A stretch of DNA of 64,000 nucleotides, taken from assembly GCF_006345805.1 (NCBI RefSeq), contig NC_043004.1:100936001-101000000 (forward strand). Direction: 5' to 3'. Origin of the DNA: Octopus sinensis. Its lineage: Eukaryota. This document shows, one piece after another, positions 63,703-64,000 of this stretch. Made by a program: the position numbers and the translations under genes. Position 1 is the stretch's first letter. Every line of letters starts with the position of its first letter. The notes beneath the pieces were generated by a model, which saw nothing but the letters and a program-made list of their open reading frames with translations, did no database searches and was not told where the DNA came from.

Positions 63703-64000
63703 GTATATATATACATATACATATGTATGTATATATATACACTTATTTGTGACAGATATAAGATATATATGAAGACGAGTTCTTTTCATGTAACTCATTC
63801 ACTGAGTTGTATTTTTTTTATTTCATAGTTATCTTAAATTTTCACATATGGTTTCAGCTTTACAGCTAAGATTTTTGGGACCTTGACCTCTAGAAATCAA
63901 ATGAGAGTGTTCTTGGAGTTATTAAGAAAACAGATCTTGTCTGTGTACATCTGTGATTGGATTGTCTTATTGAACTTGGCATCGTCTCAGTAGAAAAACC

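Noticed and set aside
1-64000. CRISPR arrays, rRNA genes, telomeric TTAGGG arrays, prokaryotic operons
   Set aside because: None seen; repeats are microsatellites and eukaryotic transposable elements.

Overview
AT-rich, repeat-saturated eukaryotic DNA. It is probably octopus (coleoid cephalopod), inferred from the tRNA-derived SINE families and very high microsatellite load. No intact protein-coding gene is visible, and almost all ORFs in the supplied track are translated simple repeats. The window holds: two Penelope-like retroelement (PLE) relics of different clades (about 430-3870 minus; 15715-17690 plus) plus several solo or tandem pseudo-LTRs; five near-complete and several degenerate minimal type I hammerhead ribozyme (HHR) motifs; decayed piggyBac, pogo/Tigger, R4/Dong-like, RTE and CR1/L2 elements; about 30 SINE copies from four to five families, some nested or in tandem with clear target-site duplications (TSDs); and two foldback MITE-like elements. 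The only recognisable host-gene piece is a BRCA1-like N-terminal RING exon (47921-48046) with a Cys-to-Tyr change and an in-frame TGA. A ~200 bp CRE-containing module is duplicated 3 kb apart (11944/14981), and a few unassigned candidate exons remain. Boundaries were read by eye and are approximate unless motif coordinates are given. SINE family labels A-D are my own.
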